Numbered from the whole stretch's first letter, positions 41,141 through 56,704 are shown. The stretch: 63,214 nt of DNA, filler included, from Reticulomyxa filosa (GCA_000512085.1; 25 parts of 25 records of this genome joined end to end with filler, not necessarily neighbours in it), one strand, 5' to 3'. Notes: a model not told the origin generated them from the letters alone. Numbers and translations are program-made.

Positions 41141-42819
41141 GTTGCGGTAGGTAGCCACCACTAACAAATGCAGCTGCGCGCATACCTCCCTTTGCGCCGG
41201 TGCAAGGACAGAGTATTTTTCAAAAACAAACAAACAAAAATAAACAAATAAAAAAAAAAATAATAATAATAAAAAAAAAAAGAAGTAAGTAAGTAATTGA
41301 ACACAAAACTTCAAACGGAGAGTACTTGCCTCCTCTTAATGGGTAATTATTGGGCGCAGACTCAATCAATCTTTCAGCACCTCCGTTATCCGAACTCAAT
41401 ACAATCAAAGTATTTTCCCACAAACCTGTAGTTTTTAGCAATTGCGTGATATTGCCAATAATAATATCGAGAAGAGTTACCATGGAATGATACGTGGAAC
41501 GACATTTGTATTGGCTACCATCACTGACAATTTATTCCATTATTTTGCTTATTTATATATATATATTTTTTTTTTTTTGGTGAAAAGAGTAAAACTGGAC
41601 GTATGTGAAAGAATTTTTTTTTTTTTTTTTAGGAAAAAAAAAATTTACACAAAGAATGTACTTAACTTAAAGCCAGGGTAAATGTAAGGTGTTTGTTGAG
41701 AGCAATTGTTTTCATCGTCAGCAAAATCAAAGGTCAAATATTCTTTTGGGATTTGCAATGGACAATGGACAATGTGTGGTGTGTACACCAAAAAGAAACG
41801 TTGTTCTGGAATTTTGCTTTGATTGCTTATTATTTCGTACACTCGTTCGGCAAACATTAATTCTTCGTAGTTGGTTCCGTTCATCCCTTTGGCGGAGTTG
41901 AGTTAAAAGATATGTATACGTATATACACACATATACACACTTTACAACATTGATTCATTTTATTATTTGAACATAATGAACAGTTTTGTGTATACGTAA
42001 GCAAATTTATTGATGAGTTAGTTGTTGTTTTTTTGTTTGTTTTTTTTTTTTTTTTTACCATATGCTGGCTTGTCATCCAACCATAAATCAACGATGTTTG
42101 GATAAACGTCCAAACATCCCGATTGCATTTGAATTTGAGTAAAATAGTCATTCTTATGTTCAAAATAAATCAACGATGTATTGTAACCTCTTCCTTTTGG
42201 AGTATGATCAAAGGTTGCCATACCGCAGTCCCTATGTCCATTATTGTATACGTACATATATATACATATATATATGTATACTTGTATATATGTGTACGTA
42301 TTGTATTACTTGTTTTTCATTGTTTTAATTGTTTTCAAACCATTTGCCCACGATATGTGTGTTGTAATTCGCTTCTTGAAATTTCTTGCCTAGACCTGTC
42401 ATATTCCGAGGAATTCCAGCATTTGGCTTGTCTGGGTCCGCCAATGTCAACTGCACGTGGCACGGCAAACGACCAGATTGAAAGCTGCTCCTTGTCGGAG
42501 TGCAAATAAAGTGCACATAGTGTCGCGTCAGTTCTAAACCTTCCCGAACCAGACTGTCCATGTTTGGAGTCACCACTTCGGGGTCACTCGCGTTCCGATG
42601 AAAGCCTACGTTACCCCATCCTGTTTTTTTTTTGTTTTTTTGGGAGCTCATTGTTTAGTTTTCTCTTTTTTCTTTTTGGACGGCTTTTCTTTTCTTAACA
42701 CAGGGAATACCTAGGTCATCAACTAAAATAAACACCACATTGGGGAGATTATCTGCTTTTTGAGCACATGGATTGGAAAATAGACTGAAAAAAAAGACAA
42801 CAAATCCTGCAATTATCAT
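41141..42819 (-). CDS. Arylsulfatase B-like sulfatase, multi-exon, truncated
   Basis: Signal peptide; PNVVFILVDDLG|WGNVG; CTPTRSSFQSGR (formylglycine motif); VGKW; HCPLQ; SSDNGG; NYPLRGGKYSPFE. Confidence 0.95.
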
Positions 42820-43131
42820 TTTCTGGTGAACTTTACAACACCCTACAAAGTTGTCCTTTCTGAGGTTGAGATCACGTCCAACTGCAAAATATTTAAATTG
42901 TGGCGTCTTGTCACATAAAGTTACAAATAGTACAAAGGAGATACTTTTTTCCAAAACATTAATCAGTATTGCATTTAACGCTAAATGTTTCGACCCATAA
43001 TTTTTTCTGTTAATACATAAGCTCTCACTTATTTAGCATTTACAGCAAACAATCAGTATTCTCGGTTTGTAAAGAACAAAACGCAGAAAGTGGTGAGCAG
43101 TTTTTCAAGTTAGTCCCCAAGTTGATGGAGG

Positions 43132-43838
43132 ATGTTTTCTACAATCTCATTTAAAGTCGGCGATCGTGTTGAGATCTTAGCAGGTACTCTCATCTAGTTA
43201 AAAAAGCATATCTTGCATGTATTTTTGCCTAATACCTGACTTATCAGTACACAGTTTAACAAACATGAAACATGCATATAAAAAATACACAAAAAACATA
43301 AAATCAAATCAAATCAAGATGGATCACAAGGTATCGTCCGTTATGTAGGAGTTTTGGAAGGAGAGGATGGCGAATGGGTGGGAATTGAATTGGATGAAGA
43401 AGTTGATGGAGGGACCGACGGTAACTATGAAGGGATACAATATTTTAATTGTGAATCAAAACACGGAACTTTTATTCCAAGAGAAGGGGTCAATCCCTTA
43501 CAGGTATATAACGAAAGAGGAGTAACGGCGAGTACTGATTCAAGAAATGGAGACCATTTTAACTATGTATGCCAACAATAGCAATGAATTTACTTTTTTT
43601 TTTTGTTTGTTTGAACGTGTTTGTGTTGTGTTGTGTTGTATGTGTGTGTGTGTGTATGGTGATGTATTGTTTTTTTTTTTTTTTTGAACAAGAATAGAAG
43701 GATGTGAGCAAAGCGTTAGAACGTCGAATATCATTTCGGCCATCGAAGCAGCAGTTGGAAGCAAGAGGAGTAGTGCTTCCTCGATACTTTGACGATCCCG
43801 TTTTGTGTGTGTTTTTTTTTTTTAAAAATAATCTCTCT
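43132..43838 (+). CDS. CAP-Gly + RPEL-like repeat protein, truncated
   Basis: MFSTISFKVGDRVEILA|DGSQGIVRYVG...WVGIELDEEVDGGTDGNYEGIQYFNCESKHGTFIP; next exon LERRISFRPSKQQLEARGVV. Confidence 0.8.
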
Positions 43839-43938
43839 NNNNNNNNNNNNNNNNNNNNNNNNNNNNNNNNNNNNNNNNNNNNTTAATTAATTAANNNNNN
43901 NNNNNNNNNNNNNNNNNNNNNNNNNNNNNNNNNNNNNN

Positions 43939-43981
<43 letters not shown>

Positions 43982-44015
43982 CCAAATGTAAAAAAAAAAA
44001 AAAGGTTGTAAAATG

Positions 44016-45005
44016 TTAAACAGTATCATTTCTTTGCTCAAAAGCAAGCCTTTGAACCCAGTCATTGAGGAAGCGTTTCATGGCCCCAGGGAAGTGTACG
44101 ATAAAATCGCCAGGCTTGAATCTTGCGCCTTCGCGTCCTTCAGGATAGGAATTGAGTTTGTTTTGATCAATGACAGCAAAGTGGGTAAAGAGTGAAATAT
44201 CCTCTTCCAAGGCCCAGATGATGGCAGCTTGTTCCCACCAGCCATCCATTTTGGGAATGTGATAATTGCCATAATCCCAAATTTTGCGCACCAGTTCAAG
44301 ACTCCACACGCAATTTTTCCAAAACATGACACCTGTGTTCAGATCGGCTTTATCTCGTGCCATGATCAATGCGATATCGGTATCTTTGGCTTCGATTTTG
44401 CGCAGGTTGTAAAAATACTGTGCCGTCGGGGAGGATGGATTTTGTTCATTCTGTGGCAGCTGCATAAAAGTCTGACTTGTGTTATGATATGTCACATGCT
44501 TCCAGTTTTCTTTAAACTTGTGCACTTTGGCTTCTTTCAACAACTCTTCCAAACGAATGTTTTTGTTCACAAAAAATGCGTCCAAATCCATCACAAAGAT
44601 CCAATCATATAAATCTGTGCTGTTCGACGAAAACAACTTCTCCAACTCCGTTATTTTCGTCCATGCCGCGTGTCTCGAATGTGTCGCCTTCTCCACAATT
44701 ATTAGGTCGTAACCATGACGCATCGCGTATGACTTCTTGTTCGTTATTGAAAACTCCTTATACGAGTAGTTCCCAATTGCTATCGTCATTATTGCTATCT
44801 TTGGCCAGAGTGGAAACACTTTGTCCAATGGCGCTTCCTCTGCCGCTTTTATCACTATCACCTCCACTTCCGTCGTATGTGGCGTACAGTCGGTCTTTTT
44901 TAGTGACTCTTTCTCCGGCATGTAAAACACATTTAGCCAATATATTGTCACCAATATTATTCCCAAATACCCCAGCACGCCAAACGCCATCTTTTTTGTA
45001 TTCAT
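44016..45005 (-). CDS. GT34 (GMA12/MNN10-like) glycosyltransferase, intronless type-II membrane protein
   Basis: N-terminal TM; NKKSYAMRHGY, AWTKI, WIFVMDLDA (DxD), LNTGVMFWKN, WWEQAAI, LNSY, GDFIVHFPG. Confidence 0.92.
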   Translation of the reverse strand: MNTKKMAFGVLGYLGIILVTIYWLNVFYMPEKESLKKTDCTPHTTEVEVIVIKAAEEAPLDKVFPLWPKIAIMTIAIGNYSYKEFSITNKKSYAMRHGYDLIIVEKATHSRHAAWTKITELEKLFSSNSTDLYDWIFVMDLDAFFVNKNIRLEELLKEAKVHKFKENWKHVTYHNTSQTFMQLPQNEQNPSSPTAQYFYNLRKIEAKDTDIALIMARDKADLNTGVMFWKNCVWSLELVRKIWDYGNYHIPKMDGWWEQAAIIWALEEDISLFTHFAVIDQNKLNSYPEGREGARFKPGDFIVHFPGAMKRFLNDWVQRLAFEQRNDTV

Positions 45006-45675
45006 CGTTTTGCTTTTTTCCTTGTTTGATCTTATATTGTTATTATTATTTTTATTTTATTATTTTATTTTATTTTATTTTTTTTTTTTTTGGTCTTTCC
45101 TTTTTCTGTTTTGAGCTGAGGTACTTAATTGAAAAAGCATGGTCGTTCGTTTTTCGCTTGACTTTTTGTTTATTTAAACTTAAACAGGTCCTGGATAAAT
45201 GAAAGTACAGCTTGCATTACTTTTGAATTGAAAAGGGTCAGTGTTTGAATTTCAGTTTTCCAAGATATTTTGTTAGTGTTGGCAAATACAGTAACGATGT
45301 GATACATTTGCTCCATTGTTCTCCTAAAACGACCAACCAAGAGTAGAGAAGCAACTAAAACAGAATAATAAACCAAAAGAAGTTCAAAAAGAAGGTTGTA
45401 AGCTTTTTACAACATTGTTTTTTTGATTTTTTGATTTTTGTCAATATAATAAAAACATAAGTCATTGTTAAAACAAAGCAAAGACGTTTTTTTTTTTTTA
45501 TTTTTTTTAAAGGTGTTACCGCTTGTTAACAAATTTCCTTTTTCCCTGTTTTTTTTTTTTTTTTTTTTTTTTTTGNNNNNNNNNNNNNNNNNNNNNNNNN
45601 NNNNNNNNNNNNNNNNNNNTTAATTAATTAANNNNNNNNNNNNNNNNNNNNNNNNNNNNNNNNNNNNNNNNNNNN

Positions 45676-46705
45676 TAATAATTGCATTCTTATCTTTTAA
45701 TCCATTAATCAAACACTTGAAGATAGCATCGAATTGTGTTTCATTCAATTGTTATAAGTAAGGATAATAAATATTTATAAAAATATTCCTTTTTATTTTG
45801 AATTCTATCCATCAAATGATTAAAAGTATCACTGCAATTATTCCAAGCAAATATGCTCATTTTTGACTTGCTAACTCATCTTTATTTTCATCATTTAACA
45901 TATCCATTAAAGAATGAAAACTGTCATTATATTGTTTTTTATTTCGTTTCATAAGAAATTCTGCACATCTGTCACGGACATATTTGTCTTCATTTTTATC
46001 GGATAATTCGTTAATCCAGAATTTAAAAACATTATCTAATTGCTCTTCTTTCAATTCCATTATGAATTGAGAAATATTTATTATCTATTGATCAAATACT
46101 GGAAGACATTATCCAATTGATCTATCACAAATTTGAATTTTTCCATCGTCAAACACATTTATTAAAAATTTCAAAACTTTATTCAATTGTCTCTCATTTA
46201 AGTTCAATACCATTTCTGCAAGTGAGTGACTGAATAAGTGATTTCTGACAAGTTTGAATTTTTAATGTAAGGAATACACTATCTGTCTGCTTTACGAGTA
46301 TTAAGACAATGCACATGTAATATCTTTTGATGAATGCGAATAAGTTGGTGTGGCGAAGAATGTAATAATTTCCAAAAATATAATAAACCAGATCCTGATG
46401 AATTTTTCTTATTTTCAATATTATTATACAATAATCCAGCAATAAATGGAATCTCACAGCATATTTTGAAGTAATTTTGATTTATATAAACAATTCACCA
46501 AATAACAAACAATAAGCCATTCTTGAAATGTCAAATGTGGGAAATACACAAAATCCATTGGATGTGATTGATGTATTGATTTTTGTCCTGGTATAAATCC
46601 AATAAATTGATTCGAGGCCATTGAGAAATCACTGAAATATCTTTGCATTGATATTTACTTTTAATACAGTAGGATAAAAAAGAAAGTTGATACCTAAAAT
46701 GCCAC
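45676..46705 (-). pseudogene. NACHT-type NTPase / HEAT-repeat pseudogene
   Basis: VYFPHLTFQEW (NACHT winged-helix FxHxTFQE) followed by degenerate repeats LKEEQLDNVFKFWINELSDKNEDKYVRDRCAE; multiple stops and frameshifts. Confidence 0.7.
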
Positions 46706-46805
46706 NNNNNNNNNNNNNNNNNNNNNNNNNNNNNNNNNNNNNNNNNNNNTTAATTAATTAANNNNNNNNNNNNNNNNNNNNNNNNNNNNNNNNNNNNNNN
46801 NNNNN

Positions 46806-46842
<37 letters not shown>

Positions 46843-47755
46843 GAAAAAAGAAAAAACATAACAGTTAACAGCTTTGAATCTTTTTGAAAGCAAAGTTTTT
46901 TTGTTGTGTTGAGAAATAAATATTGTTTGTTGTACTTTTTATATGCTTTGTGTGGGTTGGCATTTGTAATTCAACTTTGCTGCCTCCAATTGTGCGTGTT
47001 GGATCATCACTGTAAAAGATACTGCTGGTTGGCGTCACCAATGAAAACAACACCACTCGCAATTGCTCTTTTGTGATATATTCTTGTCCGTTCAATGCGT
47101 ACATTTCAAATAACATATCAATTTTGTCTTTCATTGTTCCACGATTGTACTTTTTAAAAAAAAAATAGTAATATTATTAGTTTGAAACACTTTCTATTTT
47201 TATTCACTCTTTTTCTTTAAAACTGAAACACTTTTTTTAAAAAATAATAATAAAAAAAAAAATCAGTCCCTTTCGTGCACTCCTCTTTCTTCTTCCTCCT
47301 CTCCTTTGTGATTTATTCTAACCCGAGCCAAGCCAGTCACAAATTCATCAAAGTTAATGACACCATCTTTCTTCGTATCAAACACATCAAATAATCGTTC
47401 TCCCAATATCCCCGGCAAATTAAAGAATTCCAGAAATACTGCTTTTGATATGTTATTATCTGTTGAACTATTTTTGTCCCCACCCGTCAATCCCACTGAT
47501 TTCAAGCGCATTCATATGCTCGATGCAGCATTGCACATATATGTACATATACATATATACTTTTTTAAAATTATTTGCTTGCTACAATACTTACCGCTTT
47601 GCCAAATCTTGGAACATGCGATCCAATAATGCCAATTCTTTTTCATTGTAACGTGCCCATTGTTCCTCTTTTGCTAAATCCATCAGATCCATCTTGCTTT
47701 GTCTTCGGATCATGTTCTGCGCATCTTGGCTGGTGTCACTATGTCCGTTGCCCAT
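46806..47755 (-). CDS. N-myristoylated EF-hand protein (calcineurin-B/NCS-like N-terminus), truncated
   Basis: MGNGHS start; FLEFFNLPGILGERLFDVFDTKKDGVINFDEFVTGLAR|YNRGTMKDKIDMLFEMYALNGQEYITKEQL. Confidence 0.85.
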
Positions 47756-48339
47756 ATTGTTTTGTCTTTTAGAGGAATAATATTATGAAAAATACAAAAG
47801 ACAAATTTCTAGGGCTGAATCAATTCAAGTTTCTTATGTTAAATTCCGAAATGTTCAAATAGTTTTGTACCATTCTCAGAAAATGTGGTTCTTAACTTAT
47901 TTAAACCGATTGATGGATTTTAAAATTTGCAGCCGTGTAAAATTCTCTATACAAAATAATAATATATTAGGTAAACATTTGTGCAATGTTGCAGCGAACG
48001 TAAAAAAATTTTTTTAAAACATCATCATTCTCAGCATCTCCAAACTTTCTATTACCTTTTGTTTTGTTCAATTTTTTTGGAAAACAAATCTAGCTTAAAC
48101 ATAGTGTTCTCCTACCAATACTCAATCAAACAACCTGCACTCCAGACGAAAACTGCTTTGACTTTTCACTTGCATTGATTTACAAAAGCATTTTTAAAAA
48201 GATAGACATTTTATCGTCTATGATCAAATAAAAAACAGCTTTACTAGTTTATTACACAAAATATATGTTCGCAGGACGAAGAAATTTTCAAGTTCTCTGG
48301 AAGGAATATTGGCAAATTATCAGTGCACACAACAAAATA

Positions 48340-50319
<1,980 letters not shown>

Positions 50320-51118
50320 NNNNNNNNNNNNNNNNNNNNNNNNNNNNNNNNNNNNNNNNNNNNTTAATTAATTAANNNNNNNNNNNNNNNNNNNNNNNNN
50401 NNNNNNNNNNNNNNNNNNNGTTGTAAGCTTTTCACCAGATCCACACTTCACACTCAAATAAAACCTGTCGAAAACAACTTATTTCCGTCTGGTGATAAAT
50501 AGAAACTGCTTGAATTTTCTTGAAATCTCCTTAATTTTTTCCCAATGTTACATCACATAACCGTATTATTTCATCCTCAGAGTATGAAATTATCATTTTA
50601 CCATCTTATGAAAACTGAGCAAATGTACATCGCATTGTATGTTTTGCTTGATAATAAGAAATTTCGACCACTAAACGCAAAAAAAAAGTAAAATGCAAAT
50701 ATTTCAACATAAACAATAAATAGCTCACAAAAAACTCTTGTCGACTCAAAAGTTTTTTCGAGTGTATTGTTTGAATATGACACAAAGTGATATTTAATGT
50801 ACGATACGAATTATCTATTTTATTAAATCTGTTAATACACAAAATAAAACAGACATTGATAAAATACTGTTGTTTGTTTCAAAAAACCTTTTTCTTTCTT
50901 AAAAACTTTTTGTGCATAACATGAAAGGATGCCATTTTAAAATGAAACACTAGTGTGTTACCACCACAAAATTTTATCTAAAGACTTTTTTTGTAGCCTC
51001 GCAAAAACGAAAGACCTAAAAAACACATAATTTTCTTTCACTGTTTCTTTACTAGTGGTCTTACACTATCAGAGTGTCCTTTGAATGTTTCGATTAATTT
51101 ATCCTTGATGACACAAAA

Positions 51119-51220
51119 GAAAAATTTAACGATTTCCGTTTCGTAAAATAAAAAAATTTAACGATTCATTTCGTGAAATAAAAAAATTCATGGTTTCCAT
51201 TTTGTGGAATAAAAAAATTC
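51119..51220. repeat. Three degenerate ~30-bp tandem units
   Basis: aaaaatttaacgatttccgtttcgtaaaata / aaaaatttaacgattcatttcgtgaaata / aaaaaattcatggtttccattttgtggaata. Confidence 0.7.
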
Positions 51221-51928
51221 AAATTTATATATCCTTCTCACATTGATAAAAGTTTCCTTTTTTGTTTTGTAACATATTTTTTTTTAACACAAATACGTTT
51301 TCGTGTTTGTTTTTTTTTGCAATATTGTGCATTTTTTTAATAAAATACTACTTAAAAAAAGCTCTTTAACACTGTGTACAAAGTGTTCTCCGGATCAAAG
51401 GCATACAAAAACAAAGTCACTTTTGAGAAAATACTCAAAGCAAGAATGCTTTCTCATCCTTCAAATGATCCAATTCGAACTGAATGTCTCGTTTCCCAAA
51501 ACTTAACAAACTCTTCATCTTTTTGTAACAAAATAAATTGTTATCGACTTTAAAGTACCGAATGTATGTCATTGAAATTTTTACATTACAATTTTAATGC
51601 ACAAAGGGGTGATGAAAGATTGCTTATTAGTTTACTTTGGTGTTTTTTATCAAAGCAATTATATATCTTTTTTTTCTTTAAAGTAATACAGTTCTGCAAA
51701 ATCTTTACTTTTTGAAACAGCATTACAAACATTAATGCTTTACCCTTCTTCGAAAGGAGAAAAAAAATACTGGTTACTGACGTCATTTTTCAACGAAAAA
51801 GAAAAGTATATTTTCTTTCTGGCGTTGATATACTGACAAAAGATAATGTAATGCCTTTTTTGTCGTTCTCATATATTTCTTTATCAAAAAAATTTTACGG
51901 GGACTGAACTTTCTTTTGTTGATAAGAC

Positions 51929-52860
51929 ATGAGAATATTTTCATTAATACAAAGTAAATTTGAAGAACAATTAATAGATGCAGTTTGTACATTATTATTT
52001 ACACGTGTAGATAAATGGAATGATTTTGAAAAAGAAATAAGTGATTTATATAAAGATGTTAAAAACACTAAAGAAGAAGCGCGTGCAGTAATAAAAATAT
52101 CACAAAATGATGAACACATGGAAATGGACTTAGAAATAGAAAAAATGTTAGATACTATACGTAAAGAATTAATTGGATTAAAAAAGTACATAAATATTGT
52201 CTGATAGACAAAAACTTATAGATAAAATACTAAGAGAAATGGAAGATGATTTTGGCGATTTATGATGTGGTGTATTAAGACAAAAAAATTGGAATGAATT
52301 AATACAAATATGGTCTAAATTTAGAAGATGTATATTGAATATAAATTTATTAAAATTTGCTAAACATGTTGCTGGCAAAAGTAATGTAGAAATTTTTAAA
52401 AATTGGACAGAATTAAGAGAAGATGTTGTGGAAGCATTAACCAATGTTATGTCAATAAAACAGTCATCTTTTTGTAAAGAGGAGGTTCTATTTGAAATGA
52501 AAAATTAAATATTGCACAAGCTATATTTGATATTATAATAGACATACAAAGAAAGATGGGTATTTTTAATAATAATGCAGATGCACAAAAATTATTAGGT
52601 TATATGTATCAAAAATTTAAAGGCTTTAATTGTATTAAATAAGATCTATTAATAGATCATTGGGTAACCACAAAAAAAAATGTATTACAAAAAGCATGAA
52701 ATGAATATTGAAAATCACAAAAATCTGTATTTGATTTGATTTGTGACAAAGATTGATTAGAAATAATAGGTAATCCATTTAGCTAAAATGTTTACTGGTA
52801 TTGTTTACATCCGGAAAATGAATAAATTATGTTATGTATTATATCAAGAGAAGATTGGAA
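51929..52860 (+). pseudogene. Decayed intronless AT-rich helical-protein gene of unknown family
   Basis: Coding-like frames (KWNDFEKEISDLYKDVK..., WNELIQIWSKF..., NADAQKLLGYMY) broken by many stops and frameshifts. Confidence 0.4.
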
Positions 52861-52999
52861 NNNNNNNNNNNNNNNNNNNNNNNNNNNNNNNNNNNNNNNN
52901 NNNNTTAATTAATTAANNNNNNNNNNNNNNNNNNNNNNNNNNNNNNNNNNNNNNNNNNNNAATCGAAGATTAACTTCGAACTTCTTTCGGATACTGCTA

Positions 53000-54400
53000 G
53001 ATGTGCAGTATCTAGTTGTTCTTTACTTGTCTTCATTCAAAATATAACTTTTTTTTCGATGATGAAGGGTTATTTTTAAATTATGTTCATCCCATTAATT
53101 AGTAATTGGAGAACGGGGACTAGGTGCTCATTTTAACTTGGATAAGATCTCATTCTTGCTAAAAAAAAAAGAACATAATTTGATATCGCATTATCTTTCA
53201 TGAACGTGCAAGTCAAATGGCAATGTATTGATATGTAATCCATTGGATACAATGAAATCAAGAGTACATTCACCCACATCATCGATGTTATGATCCGACC
53301 ATGCGGGATGATGAGCATTCCAATCTCCTCCAATGATAATGTATTCAGTCATTTTCATAGCATATTGTAATTCTTGTTCGAATGCTTGAATATTGAATAT
53401 TTTACACTGCAAATTTCGATAGAAACTGTTATTGAATGATCGGGTGATGAATGTAAATCTCTTTGGAAATTATAATCGATGCCTTCTTCTTTAATCTAAA
53501 TCCTTCTTGCAATAAACAGATATGGGGCTGTTTCTGATGCACCTGCTTGCATATTGGTATTTGCAATGTTGATTTTATCTCTTGCAATAAGGATTGTAAT
53601 TACATTGGTCCTCACCCTTGTCCTTTAGCAGCATCAGTATAAGACATTTGATTTAATTGGAATTGGTTGATATGCCTTCTTCTCCAGGAATGCATCTTCC
53701 TTACTTGTCAATTTAATACCAAGCTTTCTCTTGCTTTGCGAATCACATCACATTGCAATGAATCGCTTGGGTGCTGCTTTCGACAAAGTACACATTTTGC
53801 CGCTTCATGATTTGACAATCCGCAATACTTACATACTTTGCTCTTTTTGGACATTCACGAACAATATGATTCAATTGTAGCATTTCCGGCCTTGATTTGC
53901 CTTCATCGAATGGCTCCACTTTCACCATTGAATGAAAATGAAGAGCGAACGATCTCGTGATCCTTCAAAACAACATCAACAGCTTTTACTCGAAGCCCAA
54001 CTGCTGGAGCAGAACCTCCACTCACACATTTGCAGGAATGCTTCCTGTCGTAGAACAAAGATCAAAGATTCTAGAATTGGTAAGATCAATTCTGGAGTGA
54101 AACAGGAAGACAGGTATCCCATGTCGTCGAGATATGCATACCAAACAACGCAAATTCATTTCCCAGCAAGACAAGTTCCAGGGTATGAATCGTATTGGGT
54201 GGTGTTATCAGCGAGTGAGTTTCGGTTTTACCCGAGGTTCATAGAAGTTACCCGACCCTCGGAGTTCTGCCAAACAGAAAAAAACAGGGTATTTGCCTCG
54301 AGATTGAATGCGTCGAACACTCTTAAGGCAAGCAAGGTTTGACCTTCTCCGCAAGCAGCCCGTTTCCAGTAAAAGGGTTACTATCCCAGTCACCAGGAAT
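53000..54400 (-). mobile_element. Decayed non-LTR (LINE) retrotransposon: ORF1 zinc-knuckle remnant and APE endonuclease fragment
   Basis: EYIIIGGDWNAHHPAW...VGECTLDFIVSNGL (APE GDxNA motif); upstream LNHIVRECPK knuckle-like remnant. Confidence 0.75.
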
Positions 54401-55196
54401 TTGCACCTTGTTACTCTTAAAATAGCTTAGATCAATATACACTTGAAGTTTTAAAAGCACTTCCATCTCAAAGTCACATTATACTAGATGCTGAACCGAC
54501 TGCGAAAATCCTGAAAATGAATTGCAACAAAATACGTTGCCAAAAACAATAACAAAATTGAAGAAGTCACATCACAAAATTTATATCATTGAAGTTGAAT
54601 TATGTACAAAACGAAAAAAAAAAAAAAAAAAAAAAATACTACCCCCATCATCAATTTCAACTTAGTTAAAAAAGTTGTTTTTTTGAAGGTATTTGTGTTC
54701 CAGCATCAACATTATTTGGATTTTGAAGTTTATTTTGGAAATTGAAAACGTCATTTTCCGTGAGAAAATTCTTGAAGAATTTTATTGATTGGAAATATTT
54801 GGGCAACAGTCGGATATTTGTGACATTGGAAAGTCCGAACTGCCTACCCTCCTCAGTGGAATCCTCGGATTGGTATTTGGAAAATTTTGGTATTGGAATT
54901 TAGAATTTTAATTTTTTTCCCTTTGTGAAAGGGAAAAAATTAAAGAAAAGCCTAAACGGCTGTCCGGAAGTGGATTCAGTGAAAAAAATTTTGGATTTTC
55001 AGGAATCGCGCCAGCCCTTGCAAAATTTTTTTCAAGTTATCGAAAAACTTGTCATTTTTATTGGTACATTCATTGAAAAATGTCAACTTTACTGAANNNN
55101 NNNNNNNNNNNNNNNNNNNNNNNNNNNNNNNNNNNNNNNNTTAATTAATTAANNNNNNNNNNNNNNNNNNNNNNNNNNNNNNNNNNNNNNNNNNNN

Positions 55197-56704
55197 GCCT
55201 TTGATCTTTTGGCCATTTCGTGAATACATACGAAAATTTACTGAGATGATCTGTGATGGAGGGAACAATTCCAACCAAAGTCCGAGCCAGATCTTTAATA
55301 CAATTCATCCGATGTCCCAAGGCAGTGTACCCGATCAAAACCACAATTTTGACACTCTTGGAATTATGGAGTGCCCTAATGACACTAATGCCATTGGCGA
55401 CATCGACTTCAAGGCCACTTGTATCTTCAAAGCCAGGAGAATCGCAAAGCACAACCATATCTTGGTCTGTATATATTCCCATTTCCTTCAAATCAATTGG
55501 GACAGCGGTGATATATTTAGTCTCCGATTTTACATTTGGACTAGTCGTAACGTTGATTAAAGCCTCGTTTTTAATTTCGATTGGAGCGATATGAGGTAAT
55601 CCGTTCACTATTTGTTGTTCCATGGTAGATCCCGCCAGGAAATGGATCAATGAAGATTTGCCTACACCTGTGCCTCCAAGAAATAATATCACATTTTTAT
55701 CTCTTATTTGCTCGGCTGCTTCCTCTGCTTTTGCCACCAACTTCAACATTAAGCTGATATCAAATCCAATCTTTTCATCGAATTTTCTCTCATCTTCCTT
55801 TTTGTCGTCGTCATTGTAAAACTCCTGCATTTTTTTTTTTTGGACTGATCCCTTATCGGACCGGCTCTGCTTTTTGTATTTTTCTCTCTTTTGCGCATTT
55901 GTTGATGTACTTTTTGCTTTGGGCTTTGTCTTTGAATAGACAACTTTAAGCTTCAACCAACATGTCTTATGTTCGTCATACCGATCAGACCAAATCGCTT
56001 TCAAGTGATTGCCATTTCGAATCCTCTTCTTCTGTTCCGTGTCTTTTAGATATTCATTATCATCACTTATTCCAACCAATTGCTTCAAATCCTCAAAGTG
56101 TTTGTTCCAATCCTCTTTGTCCAATTCAAAACGGAAATTCGCATCGTTGGAATTTTTTGGACACCATGTCATTTTTTTGCTTTCTTTTTTAATTACCAAA
56201 CATCTCTTTTTTATTATTAGATATTTATACATAATGCATATACATATACATAGATAGGTATATACATAGTTTCCTATATTTATGCATATACATTTTTTTT
56301 AATGGACAACAACAAACAATAATAATTGTTATGATAATTAAATCAAAACTAGTGTTAGTGTATAGTGCACTGCTTTTCTTTTTTTATTGAGCTCATTCCA
56401 AAAGTCCATCAAATCGCCATCGTTATCAATTTGATCCTCGAGAAAGTTTTTTTTTGCTAAAAGAAATGAAGATTTACTTATCAGTTTCAAATTATCTTTG
56501 ACTGTCTCGATTAATTGTTGCCAATTGGCCTTTCTTGAACTTTCTGGCATTTTTCCATCATCTCGCAATTGATTTGGTTTAAAAGTTATATTTTTGTTGT
56601 TGTAACACTCGATTACAAAGCACTTGCCCTTTGTTTTTAAAGTAAACGATATATTCGCTTTGTTTTTATTTTGAAAACTTTGAAATGAAGATACAAACCG
56701 TCAT
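55197..56704 (-). CDS. PB1-like domain(s) plus TRAFAC-class P-loop GTPase, truncated
   Basis: MT|GKCFVIECYNNKNITFKP...DQIDNDGDLMDFWNEL; next exon with G1 LGGTGVGKS, G2 SET, G3 DSPG. Joining of the 56338-56628 exon to the GTPase exon is inferred. Confidence 0.75.

Noticed and set aside
51119-51220. CRISPR-like array
   Set aside because: The units are adjacent and degenerate, with no unique spacers and no cas genes, in a eukaryotic context.
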